Assembly: GCF_036588685.1 (NCBI RefSeq)
Contig: NC_086373.1
Coordinates: 106,640,001-106,704,000, forward strand
Direction of reading: 5' to 3'
Length of the DNA: 64,000 bases
From: Mytilus trossulus
Lineage: Eukaryota
Shown: positions 15,127 through 28,100 of the stretch, piece after piece
How positions within the stretch are numbered: position 1 is the stretch's first letter
Layout: every line of letters starts with the position of its first letter
Notes under the pieces: model-generated
The model's database searches: none
The model's input: the letters and a program-made list of their open reading frames with translations, nothing else
What the model was told of the DNA's origin: nothing
Program-made: the position numbers and the translations under genes

Positions 15127-18100
15127 ATGAATCCATCGTGGGGATATGAGGAAGGAGTGTATAACCTCGAAGAGATTTGCTACAAACACCCTCCTCCAGT
15201 CGTTGTTCATTGCGATATAGAAAGTTCAGAGGTTACACCTGGTAGTTCCTCTTTTGACTTATCTCAGCCTCTACTTATATATAGACAGAGGAATATAAAC
15301 AAGATAAACGCTCAAAATGTTCAGAGGGATTTATTTAGAGAGACCGGACCTCCTCTTGTCATCCCAGAGGATTATAAAGGTAAGCTATGAGATTAAAAAT
15401 TAGGAGTACTAAAATTGTACAGAACTCGTGGGTATTTTAAAGGTATATGTTTGTAACCCAAGTGATAAAAGACAGGCAGTGCATCCTTTTGTTTTCAGAC
15501 GAGTTATAGGATAGTTGTAGCTATGATAGAAATTTCTTATTTTCAAACAAGTTATACGACAATTTTTTTTATGTCAATATATCATTTTGGTCCTCAGACA
15601 AATCGTACGGCAATTACTAATGGTATGCCAATGTATCATTTTTTTCGCTCAATAAAATGCATGTAACTTGAAATAGAACATACAGAATGTATAAAATATT
15701 GAAAACTTGTGTCGAATGTGAAGATTTAAGTTTAATATAATAATCAATTCTAGATGATAGTCATTAAGTGGCAATAGGAAAGGTAAATTCAAGTTGAATA
15801 AATCCTAACTAAGCGGCATCTTTAAACAAAACTAATTCAACATTGGAACTAAAAAAAATACAGATAGTCGTTACTTCATTATATATTATCACATTATATT
15901 TTTATATTATATCATATTAATATATAGTATATTTTCCTTTGGGTTTATTTGATCCGTTTATCATATTTTGACACTTTAAGATTCAAGAATCTATCCTAAA
16001 TTGAGGTAAATTATATGGCCTCCGAATACCGTTTCGATCCCTTACATCACTGAAGAGACATTAATTGTCGAAATCCGGATATGGTGTACATATTTTTGCA
16101 CCTCATGTTTGTGGTATACCATCTTCTCCGCAAGTTTATTGCTTTTAGTTTGATATCATATAATTCATTTACTGGAGAAAAAAAATACTATAAAGATTCT
16201 CACAAGCATGATAATAAGTTATACGAGAAGGAGTTTCGATTTTTTACATGATATATTATAAATGTATTAAGTTTAAAAGTTTAGTTAATTTGTTAGTTGT
16301 TTTAGTGCTTTGTATTGATTGGATAAGTGAAGCCCTTTCAAGCGTTTTTATAGTTTGTTCTAATGTTGAACTCCTAAACCACTGTCCCATGTTGGAGAGT
16401 GGAGCGCCTGCAAACATATTTAACCCTTCCATATACTGTATGTGCCTGTCCTAAGTCATAATTCTGCAATTAAGTGGTTATCGTTTGTTTTGTGTGTCCT
16501 ATTTGGTTTTCATTGATTGTCAATTCGGAGCTTTTTATAGCTTACTATGTGGTACTTTTTTGCTTATTGTTGAAGGCTTACAGTTGCTTACTTCTACGTT
16601 AGTTGGTCTCTGGTGGAGAGTCGTCTCATTGGCAATTATACCACATCTTCTGAATATCTGTGGAGATGATCTTAAAAAAAAACTAAATCATATAATAATA
16701 ATACTTTATTGATGTATATATAAGTTAAAACGTATCTTTTAGCTGAAAAAATCTGTCATATCAATGTTATATATATACAATTTTGAATTATGTAGTATTT
16801 AATGACCATTTAATTGCTGTCAAAATAATAATTATATCAAAATGTTTGATACCGATCTGGTAGATTAATGAACCTCCTCCATTGTAATGTTGTAAAACAT
16901 CATTCTAAACAGTAAATTGACAAATCCAAACTAATTGTATCAATAAGAAATATTGTATTCGTTGTATTTTCAAAGCCTAAGTTGTTAAAGTATTAATTTG
17001 AATAGGAAAATAATACTTATTGAATGCCTCTTATTTAAAAAAAAAAATCAGTTAGAGTTTGCATGATACATTGTCCATGGCGTGTTAATATTTTGTTATT
17101 CATATTTCTATTGATTGGTGTTGTTCTTGTGTCTTTTTATCTTTTAAAACTAACGTAAATCTACAAAACAATTTTTAATCTTTCGTGATCTTAACATCAT
17201 ATGAATATAATAATTTCCTTGATCATGACCTGTAGTCCAGGTAAAATTCCCTCTGTAATTTTTATCATTTTCAAAAAACTTCTTGGTGACAATTACAGAT
17301 TGGCATTTATTTGTCCTTGGAGGTAATAACTTGACCCTATTTATAAATTATCCAAATAAGGAAGAAATTATTGACTTAAACACAATTTTCCATAATTTGT
17401 TGAATCCTACTTTCTGTATACTAATCTATAACCGGGAAGAGTAAAAAAATTGATAACACTGTCACAAGTAGCCAGTTTTGAGCTTCGACACCCCAATTTA
17501 ATAACAGGGACGAAAGATATCAGAGGGACTTTCAAACTCATAGATCGAAAATAAACTGACAACGCCGTGGCTAAAAAAAGAAAAAGACAAACAGACAAAT
17601 AATAGTACACATGACACAACAAAGGAAACTAAAGACTAAGCAATACGATCCCCACCAAAAACTGGGGGTAATCTCAGGTGCTTCAGAAGGGCAATCAGAT
17701 CCAGTTCCAATGTCGCACCCGTCGTGTTGCTCATGGTTTTTTTTATACAAACCCGGTAAATAGTCTTATTTGAAAGGTCACATTTGTGAAAAGGGAACAG
17801 GATTGTAGTTACAACATAAGGAACATATCCGATATCATTTGTGAAATTACATTCTTCTTTTCATTTAGTGTTGTTATGTCATTTATTATTTGTTGCTGTC
17901 TTCTTTCGATATCTTATGGTTCTCCTTCATCAAACTGAAGTAAATTTGTTCAGTATTTTTGAATATGCTCGAAGTCACAATTAAATTTTGGTATGGTAAA
18001 CAGAAATAAAAAATACTTATAAAAATAAGACAAAATGGTATGATTGCCAATAAAGACAATTGTCCACACTAGACCAAAATGACACAGAAACTAATAACTA

Positions 18101-21100
18101 TAGGTCACCATGTTTACTTGTAAATGCATTCATATCTGAGTACTTTGTATAAAAAATAAAATAATTTCTATATGCATAATTAATTTGATCATGACTAGCC
18201 TGGATAACCACACAGATCGTCATAATAAAACGTGTTTGTTTCAATGTGAAGGTTGTTGCTCAACAGATACATATATAAAATCATGTTACAATGGTGACAA
18301 GCGAGAAATTCATACCTCTTTAAGTGAAAAGATATTTTATTCAATTTATTTGTTATTGTACCTTTTCTCGTTAATAAGATGTATAAAATTTAAAAAATTA
18401 AACCACGTAGTATAGTGTCAATTTCGTCCTGATACTTTGATGGTATGTAAAGATTAAAAGTACAAATCAATAAACGTTTTCAAATCAGTTTTCATAATTT
18501 GTATTATTGATTTTATTTAAAGAAAAGATTGCATACATTTGTTTGAATGGATATGATTTGCACACACTATCCTTCAAACATAGTCAACGAAATTATAATA
18601 AGTCAATCCCACCATATAAAAATTTAATTTTTAAATGGCACTGACAACGACGTTTATTAAGAATATAGGTGGGTCAACCACAAAAATTAGAGGACAAGAC
18701 CACGGCCAATATATAGTTTTGTAAACAGAAAAAAAGCATGAACTTATTGCTTTCAAAAATTAAAAAAATTAAACTTAATTACATGTAATTTTAAAAACAC
18801 GAATAAAAATTAACGAATCGTGAAAAAGACAATGAAAAAAAGAAACGAGCCTTGTATCGTAAAAAATAAAAGTTATAATAGATGGTTAAAGAGTTATACA
18901 TTAATTATAAAGCAATCCAACGACAAAAAAAAACAATTTACTATATAAAGTTGTTATTGTTTTGGTGAGAAAAATGCTACATACATTGAGACCCGAGAGG
19001 TCTCTACAACATATCGAGCTAACGCAAATCGAACCAACCGAAAATAATTTACCGGAACAATGAGCAAACATAATATCAGCATCATGCAAGGAAACGTTGG
19101 AAACGTTTGACATTAATTTTGATGTGAAGATGACCTTGATAAGTTTTAGTGTCGTGGTATGAATATGACAACTGTCGCTTTTACATTGATTGTTGAATTT
19201 AGTCAGATTTAGAGTGAGGAAAGGTGGCACTGTACATCGATGCTGATTGACAATGCACGATGTGATTTTTTTTTAGACGAGACTAAATATAGTATACAGT
19301 TTTTATTAAGTAAAAATATAAATCCCATCGAATGCAAGAGAGAGTTCCGACTTCTTAGTGGAATTCAGTTTTGTTTTGTTTTTTTATTGATCAGTTTGAT
19401 ATTTACATTTGGTTGCTTGGTGGTTATATCCATCACCTTGTTCATTGATATTTTGCTTTGTACAATTTTAATTATCTTACACAACTAACCTATAATTTTA
19501 CTTTTTAAAATAGGATGGTTTGCAGTTCTACAGAAAAAGCGTATAAATCCAGCTACATTAGGACACAATGTTATGGAGTATAAACTAGTTTCTGACCTTT
19601 CAAATTCTGATACAGAGACGTTTCTTATTGGTGGATCAGAGCAAGTGCACGCGCTTCAAGTATCGATCAGCTGTGACGGAAAATCTCAGCAACAACAACG
19701 AGGTCTGTTCCCTGGCGAGGTTTTACGTAAAGGTAAAATATATGTTGGAGAAAGTAAGCGTAAATCTGGTATATTTCGAAGATCCAAATTAAAACAGGAA
19801 TACTACTTGTTATGCACCGATGAATGTGAACGAGAAATATTACTTCCGTTCAACCAAAAAGGTGTGTTTTATACATTAACGACACAAAGCGGTCCAATGC
19901 CTTGTCCTGTCTTACACATGAAAGATATACTTGATAAAAAGTACCTACCAGCTACCACCAAACTGCTTTTTGGAAGAATGCCAATTGCGGAATGTGGATT
20001 TACTGGAATATTGCGCCTTGAACACTCACATTTTGAACGATCAGTAATTGCATGTACAACTTCCGAGAAGAATACCTTTGTCGAATTACCAATAAATTGC
20101 TCTTTGAAGTTCCGAATATTTGAAATGAACGATGAGGTAGTTCAGTCAGATTTATATAAACGTGCTTTCGCTTTGTGTAATGAGAAAGCGTATTTATACA
20201 TGAGTGGAATCAAAGTGAATCATAGTATAAACGAAACAGTTCTATCAGAGGATGAAGTAGCAACAGATTTGCCACCAAGTCCTCATATTTTGAGGTCGAA
20301 AAAACAAGATCCCTCTACAGATGACAATAGAGAATCTGGTTATATCGAAATGAGAGATAGTTTGGAATTATCAGAAGAAGCATCGTATATTGACATGAAG
20401 GAAAGTCTCTCATGTAGCAGTTCGATTTCAATAGATTTCGATGAAATGGATTATATGCTTCCGAGCGGTAGAAACAGTTTACACAATTCTCTTCGAAGAA
20501 GTAACTCAAGGGATAATAGTAAAACAAATACTTTGACGAAGCATCAGTCATACCGTTCTCCGCCACCTGTGTGTTCTCCGCCGCCATTACCAACAGCATG
20601 TGCTGGATCGCCTGAACATTCGTATCTTGACCTAGATAGTGGTATATCTGATGGAATACCTGTAAGTGTTCGAATTGACAAGGTACATTCTGATAAGATT
20701 TACGATATACCTCGCATTCCAAGACGTCTCAGTGCACCAGAACCGATTGACATGTACGCAATGAGTATTACAAGACCAACATCATTAGATATAGTGCCTG
20801 AGGCTAATTTGGGGGAGTCCATTAACTATGAGAACTTTTCAATATTGCGAGAAGTTGTACCTAAACCATGTGGTACTTTAAGACCAGGACAGACTCGAAA
20901 ACCATTGGAACCTATTTATAGTGATGTTCCTAGTAACGCATCAATACACCATGTACTAGAACCAGAAGAACATCTAAATGACTCACCAACCAAAGATACA
21001 AAAACTACTGTTGTAGTCGAAACAGAAATACCATCTGTAACACAAGATTTTAGCAATAACAATTGTGACATAAAGACTAAGGACAAAATTGAACGTGAAA

Positions 21101-23574
21101 CACCATCCTTTGTCTCAACGAATGATAAGTCCGAAGTACCGAACTGTCAGGACGATGAAAAGACTTTAAATGAGGAAATAAATGCGCCACACTGTCCGGA
21201 CGATGAAAATGCTTCAGCATTAAATGAGGAAACATATGTGCCACAATGTAAAGACGATGAAATTACTTCAGATTTAATTAGGGAAATAGATGTACCACAA
21301 TGTCAAAACGATGAAATTACTTCAGAATTAAATGAGGAAATAGATGTACCACAATGTCAAAACGATGAAATTACTTCAGCTTTAAACGAGGAAATAGATG
21401 TACCACAATGTCAAAACGATGAAATTACCTCAGAATTAAATGAGGAAATAGATGTGCCACAATGTCAAAACGATGAAATTACCTTAGATTTAAATGAGGA
21501 AATGTATGTGCCACAATGTAAAAACGATGAAATAACTTCAGCATCAAACGACGAAACAGATGCATCACAAGGTCAGGATGATGAAAATACTTCAACATTA
21601 AATGCTGAAAAAGATGTGCCAGAACGTCAGGATGACGAAGATGTGTTACCATTAAATGAAAAAATGAATGCAACACACTGTCAGGAAAATGATGAGGTGT
21701 CGCCATCTAATGAGGGAACAGATATTTTCCCCCCAAACATAGATGTTGCACGAGAGAAAAAACCTGGAACAGATAAAAATGAAAAATTGGATGAAAATGA
21801 ATCACTTTGCAAAAGTGAATCAAGAAACCAGATTTTAGAACAGTGCGATGAAATACGAACAAGTATTGACACTAAACATGACGAGCAGACATCGGATAGT
21901 GAAAGTATGAACACTGAACAATCAACCAGAATTGATGACGTCATATTATTAGAATCAAGATCTGCAGTAACTGAATTTATTTCAAGTGATGCACCATTTG
22001 ATGATATCAAAGTCAATCTTGACACAAAGTGCTGCAATACTGAATTGTGCGAACATGAAATAGAATGCTCAAATCACACTAACATAACTACTTTTACCCA
22101 GGATGTGGAAGTCAGCTCTGTGAAAGACCAGACGAGTAGTACGATATCAAAAGATATTGTAGGTGAATTAGATAGTTCGATTACTAATGATGATAATAAC
22201 ATGTCTGAGCAACTAATTGAGAGTCTTAGTCATGTTTGTCCCTCCACTAAAAACAACGGAAACGATATAGAACTTCAAAGTGAAAACATTGCAAGTGCTC
22301 TTCAAGGACATGCTAGTGATAGTTACATAAATGATCACATTACCACTTCAGAATATGACAAAATATCAAAGAGCGATACGCCTTTCAACATCGTCTCACA
22401 ACCCTCTAATATAGAGGAAAATTCGCTTGAAACAAATATAGGAAAATTAACTATTAATGTATCTCATATGTATGACGAAGTACAAGCAACTGTCACTCCA
22501 CCACCATCCGCTTGTCTCGTTAAACCTCTATCAGGAACTATGGGTGATAATAATATCCCAATTATTAGTTCTAAGAATGCAGAGCATAAACAAATGCCTA
22601 ACCCTGATAAATCAGTGACGTCCTTGTCAATAAAAAATTCTGTCATGGATGAATCGAATAGTGCAATTGACCGGTCTACAATTGATACTAAATTTGACTC
22701 ATATGCGGTTAAAGCATCAAACTCGTGTATTGAAAACAATGAACAAAATGCTGCGCCTGTATCTGGCAACATACATGCTTTAGTTGAGAAAGATTTGTAT
22801 GAAAGTAGTAATACTGACAAACTTATGTCTCAATTTGAAAAGGATAACGTTGAAGGTGAACTAAACACATCAAAATATTCAGAATTAGAAATGCAAGGTG
22901 CTAAAATGATTGAAAATACTGTTGAGTGTATAGATAAAAAAAATGAAGAAACGTGTCAAATGCAGTCAATAATTCATACAGAAACGGTTGTTCAAGAAAC
23001 AAAACTTTCAGACAATAGCACACAACAGCCCCAACAAAGAGAAGGCGAGCAAACACATCTGAAAATGTTTATATCAGAGGGACAAAACAATGTCGTAGAT
23101 ATAGTGCGAGACAATATTCATACATCTATCAGACAACCAAAACACGGTGCTTGTCAGGAAACAAACGATACAGAACGAAAAACAGTCAGTTTGATAATGG
23201 ACAATGTTCAAAGTTCAAAATCCTCGCATAATTCGCCGAAATCAGACAATGAAAACATTATTTCAAGTATTCACGAAGAGGTTTGCGACGAACACATTGA
23301 AGATAACATTAATGACGAGGATGACTTGTGCAAACTTTCTACCAGTGAAATCGTTGCAGGATTTAGAAAACTTGGGATAAGGAAAAGTGTAATAGATATT
23401 GTTCAGCAACGCAGTCTTCGAGGATCAAACTTAAAAGATAATCAAAATCTTGGACAAATTTTCCCTGGAATATCGTGCATTGACAAGCGAAAGATTAGTA
23501 TGTTTTTGCAAGGCATGATGCAAAGTTCTGATTCTTCAGGCAAACACAATCCGACTGAACCAATATGGGTTTGA
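15127..23574 (+). CDS. GAREM-like adaptor: N-terminal CABIT, Tyr/Pro-rich region, acidic repeats, C-terminal SAM-like domain, ~1437 aa; exons 15127-15379 and 19514-23574
   Basis: Phase-1 intron (AAAG|gtaagc ... aatag|GA TGG TTT) gives LVIPEDYKG-WFAV, in frame with the 1333-aa ORF. CABIT core YLLCTDECEREILLPFNQKGVF; PPPVCSPPPLP; Tyr motifs YIEM, YIDM, YDIP, YENF. The C-terminal DLCKLSTSEIVAGFRKLGIRKSVI...IDKRKISMFLQG resembles the GAREM SAM domain. Confidence 0.85.
16043..16088 (+). ncRNA. Minimal type I hammerhead ribozyme (core intact), sense strand of the GAREM-like gene intron
   Basis: TACATCA-CTGAAGA-GACA(TTAAT)TGTC-GAAA-TCCGGA-TA^TGGTGTA. Helix I is 7 bp, helix II is 4 bp, helix III is the palindrome ATCCGGAT, and the cleavage triplet is AUA. 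Confidence 0.8.
17505..17850 (+). repeat. Dispersed repeat (GACGAAAGATA..CAAACTCATAGATCGAAAATAAACTGACAACGCC family)
   Basis: Related copies occur at ~32070-32220 and ~53495-53740. Confidence 0.6.
21130..21720 (+). repeat. Coding 54-bp (18-aa) tandem repeat, consensus LNEEIDVPQCQNDEITSE, about 10-11 units
   Basis: Visible directly in DNA and protein. Central units are near-identical and flanking units are degenerate. Confidence 0.9.
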
Positions 23575-24760
23575 GTTGTTTAGTTTTAAGTGAGTCATAA
23601 ATTGTTGATTGTGATATCCATTTTGAGTTCCTGTTGTAGACAATTAATTTTGAATAGTCAATAAATGACAATCAGACTTTATTATAAGAGCATTATATAG
23701 TACATTTGTATTATTCTTTGCTTATATTTGTGTATTAGGCACAGACAGAATGCTTGCAACCGAAGATATTCATATTATGTTTTATGTGAGTTTTTTTAAT
23801 TTTTTTTTAATTTAAAATAATATTGATTTGTACTATAGTGCTGCCACATTTACATCTCATCAGTGCTTTATTTGTTTAATTTTCTATTCTTGTTTGTTTG
23901 CGGAGTGTGTTTGTCTGTATGCCCATGTTCTCTTTGCATTGTAAGTTTGAACTACAGAGGTAGATGTGATATGTTCATGAAACATCATCAATTAATATAA
24001 CAAGATTTTTGCAAAGTGTATGCAAAAAGGGTGGTGAAACTTCATTCAAATTGTTGATTCAATTGTCATGATTTGCGTTTTTGCAAACAAAGAATGAGGC
24101 TATTGAATACAACTCTCAATATTCACAAATGAGTTCATTATTGTTAAGTTTACTTTTTATAAAATAATGAATTATTCGAAAATAAGGATTTATAATAATT
24201 CTCAAGGCAGAGATAAGTGATCAACTTTGGCATGTCAACTGTTTTGATTCTAGCGCCACCTTAAGAAGACGAAATGCACGTCTGAAGTGATAAATTATAA
24301 ACCTATTATCTTAGATCAGTTTTTATAACCACCGCTTGTGGACGTTCCAAGGTATCATCAGCCTAGTAGTAAGCACATTTGTGTTCACATGAAATGTCAT
24401 TGAGATGTCTACTTTCTAAAAAAAAGAATTGTATATTATATTGAATTCCTCAAAATACTCAGGTTGTCTGCTTACTCCCATAAAAAGGAAAAATTTACAA
24501 AATACCGAATTCCGAGTACAATTCAAAACAGAAATTCTTCTATAAGACGACAAAATCAAAAGTTCAAACACATAATACCAATGAAAAACAACTCTCGTAC
24601 AGGCATTTCCTTATGTAGAAAATTTTGAACTAAACCGGGTTTTACAGCTAGCTAATCCTCTCTTTTGAGTTGTACGATAGTTGCAAACTTTGCATTGTAT
24701 TAACAACAATGTGTAAACAAAACAAACAGACCTAGCTTAGTCCTAATAGGTAAACATGTC

Positions 24761-25119
24761 AAATAGTTATCAAAGGTACCAGGATTATAATTTAGTACGC
24801 CAGACGCGCGTTTCGTCTACATAAGACTCATCAGTGACCGTCATATCAAAATATTTATAAAGCCAAACAAGTACAAAGTTGAAGAGCATTGAGGATCCAA
24901 AATTCCAAAAAGTTGTGCCAATACGGCTAAGGTAATCTATGCCTGGGATAAGAAAATCCTTAGTTATTCGAAAAATTCAAAGTTTTGTAACAGGAAATTT
25001 ATTAATATGACCACGTTATTGATATTCATGTCAACACCGAAGTGTTGACTACTGGGCTGGTGATACCCTCGGGGACGAAACGTCCACCAGCAGTGGCATC
25101 GACCCAGTGGTTTAAATAG
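24761..25119 (-). mobile_element. ~353-bp retrozyme-like repeat monomer carrying a type I hammerhead ribozyme
   Basis: Bounded by AAATAG direct repeats and contains the hammerhead at 24840-24797. Further partial or decayed copies lie at ~24140-24420, 26310-26420, 32645-32978, 33127-33360, 33640-33750 and 46686-46712. Confidence 0.8.
24797..24840 (-). ncRNA. Minimal type I hammerhead ribozyme (core intact)
   Basis: GTCA-CTGATGA-GTCT(TATGT)AGAC-GAAA-CGCGCG-TC^TGGC. The CUGAUGA and GAAA core is intact, helix III is palindromic, and the GUC cleavage triplet places the cut between 24803 and 24802. Confidence 0.85.
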
Positions 25120-28100
25120 TAAATAGTAAATAGGGGTACAGTGCACATTGCGTTATAATCTTAATCACTATGAAAACAAACAAATATATCAACATAAAAA
25201 AAGGCAAATATACAGAACACATAAGCAAAATAATAAGACAACAATAGAATAAAATTACCAAAGGAACACATCACAATGGCAGATTGCATTAGTACTGAGC
25301 CAAGTCAAAATGGTATTACAAAAAAAATGACTGAACAGTAAAGGTTAATAATTTACAAAGACAAATTCAATAACTCTATAACACGTATTTAAGATTAAAA
25401 AAAACAACGTTAATACAAAGAGTCTTAACCATCATGTATTTTTTGTGAAGCTGATATGGAATATTTATCAACAAGGGTCTCTTCCGATAATTTTTGTTAG
25501 TAAAAGGACGAGACATTTGACATAACTCTGGTTCACCAACTTTCTGCTCGATACTGGTAACGTTTTATAAAGTCTGAGTATCAGCTACAAGCTCTTGAAT
25601 ACCGACTAATTTGGGAAATGTATATCTTATATACAGTTGAAGTTGGTTTATTGCTACTAAGGTGGGGGAAATTGATAATTTCAAAATTGGAAATCGTCTC
25701 GTTTGTGATAGATTCTGGTACTAAAATGACCGCTTATGTCAAAGTGAAGTATATGTCTAAAAAGGCCGAGGGGAAGCTCTATTTTCTCCTTAACTACTAG
25801 TTCTGAAGGCATCCAACAAGAAAAGCTTGGATTTTTAATGAAAAGATCATCCTCAAAATATTTGAATGTAAAATTTTAAAATCTGGCTTCTTTGATCTTC
25901 TTGTTTTTGACTAGTGTTTGAATGAACTCTGACTCTTATAAAAATTAAAAGAATCGGCAAGAGAGGCTAACAGTTTGTTTCCATAGAAATGCCGACAAAT
26001 TGTTGGAAAAATTCGACTTCCAAATTCAACAAATATGTTGCCGTTTCTTATGGGGTTTTTCCATTTTGAATTTTCCTGGAAGTTCGGTGTTTTTGTTATT
26101 TCACTATTCCTAGGTAGACTCAAACTTCAAAACCAATTCAGTATCTTTGAACGAATTTAGTAAAGGTTTCAATTAATTTGTGACTACGAAATTCTTGACT
26201 TAATAATTTGCAAGTGTTATCCAAATTGAATACAAGGACAGAATAAGCAGTGGTTAGCTCCTTACACCAAACCTCTTCAAGAAGGATTATGTAGAAATAA
26301 ACTCATTATAGGTATCAGGCTCAAGTTTGTACGCGTTTGTCTTCCAAAAACTCATCGGTGATGCTCGAATAAAAAAAATACCGAAATATAATATTAAGTT
26401 GAAGAGCATTGAGGAACCCAAATAAAGCTAAGATTATATATTGTTGTGGAAGAAAGATTGTAATCGACACTGCACAAGTATTACTACTGGGTGAAAAATT
26501 ACGACCACTGCCATGATTTGGTTGACCAATTAAAAAGTTTCTCTGACTGAACTCATTGAAAAACATTTTATAATAATCTAAGATCTTTTTTCATATGCAA
26601 TAGAGTCAATTTTGGCTTCAAATTTTAGGTTCATCTAAAGAAAGATTTTGGACACTTTTTAAACACTTAAGTGTTTATTTCAATTGTTTCAGTTCGTTTA
26701 TGTGAAAGATTCTGACTGATTCAGTCATTAAAAACGCGCCGATTCAAGCTAACATATGAAAAATCTATCAAATATGCCAAAAAACGTCACTTTTCAGATG
26801 GTTTTTGTCAAAAATGAAAGTTGCCGCATCCGTGTTCATCCTCAACCTTTATATATGTTATGTATTATCATCAAATACAACTTATATTTCAATATTATGA
26901 ATGAACACGAATGCGGCCACTTTCATTTAAGACGGAAACCGTCTAAAATTTAGCTAAAATGCTTAAATTGTGAAGATTTCAGTAATTTAGCATGACTTCA
27001 TGATGCACGTACCCGATATTTGTGCATTGTATTGTCAAAAACAGACCATATTTATGAAGCAGAAGCATTCTACTATGATATTGTAAATATGCGGGATAAA
27101 TTGTTGTCGGCAACGAAAAATTAATAAAATACCAACTTTAAAACATATTGTGTAAATACACAATCAAATATATATTCAACAGTTAGTGAGTTAGTAAAAA
27201 CCAAGAGATTATGTCCGTGTAAAATTTGAAGTACTGTGGTTTTCTTATGTAAATAAATAAACAAATGTTATAAATTCTAATATGAATGCGATACTTTTAA
27301 AATCTAATAGCAGTATTTTTTTTATGTCACTTTAAGTAACAGTGTATGTTAATAAGCAGTTTTCAGGTCACTGCGTAACGCGAAAATGTTTTTGGTATCA
27401 TCTCTCTGATTTCTTAATTGGCCTTTGGAGCAAAATCAATCAAATTAAGTTTTATCAACATCATCGTAATTGAATATGGTAGCCGAAAATTAAAAAATTA
27501 TTGTTCACATATGTTACATATATCAATTTTTTTTTATGAACGCATCGACGCAATACATATTTGGGACAATGAAATTGACCTGTGTCAAAGATGAATCATA
27601 CTGTCCTCGATCAATTGGATTCGACGAACTGAATCTTTAAAAGGTTCCCTTAAATAACCGCTTTCCAGTCCAGTCTGAGTAATTCATAGTATCTCATTTG
27701 ACATGCATTTTCAGAAGAGAACCAGGTAAGAACATCAATAAATAATTGATTCGATAGGTTGCTTAAAAAGAGAAGTTTATGTGCCAGGCATCTGAAAATA
27801 TGCGTCCACGCAGCGAGCTGGTTATGTTCATAGATATGTCGAATTGCCAAAAGTGAAAAGTCTTTGATATCCAGCAAGAACTGTTTTTCCTTGTCAACAT
27901 GTTTTTCGATGTTAATTATAAATACATCTACTGTTTGACAACATTTTAATTCGTGGTATTTGAGGTTGTTTTCTTTATAGTCAAGAGCTGACCATTCGGA
28001 TTTTCATTAATTGTTTTACGTTTTATATTTGGACGGTATCTTTTTGTGACAACAGTGATTGAACATATTTCTTTGTTTTAAATAATTGTTCTTCCATTTG

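Larger units (their letters stand above)
24490..25800 (-). mobile_element. Degraded Penelope-like retroelement fragment, interrupted by a retrozyme-like insert
   Basis: Minus-strand translation across frameshifts at ~25430-25770 reads FLDI...STRIYHKRDDF.FEIINFPHLSSN.P...Y.IYISQ..RYSRACS.YSDF, typical of the PLE RT C-terminal region. Related non-coding sequence recurs at ~5310-5960. Confidence 0.7.

Noticed and set aside
20315-22820. Antisense ORFs within the large CABIT exon, and other short 60-140 aa ORFs across the window
   Set aside because: These are shadow ORFs or translations of repeats and AT-rich DNA, with no motifs or splice support.
25055-25092. Plus-strand GCTGGTGATACCCTCGGGGACGAAACGTCCACCAGC as a second hammerhead
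   Set aside because: CTGGTG is used in the closing stem and no CUGANGA core follows it. It looks like a structured hairpin junction only.
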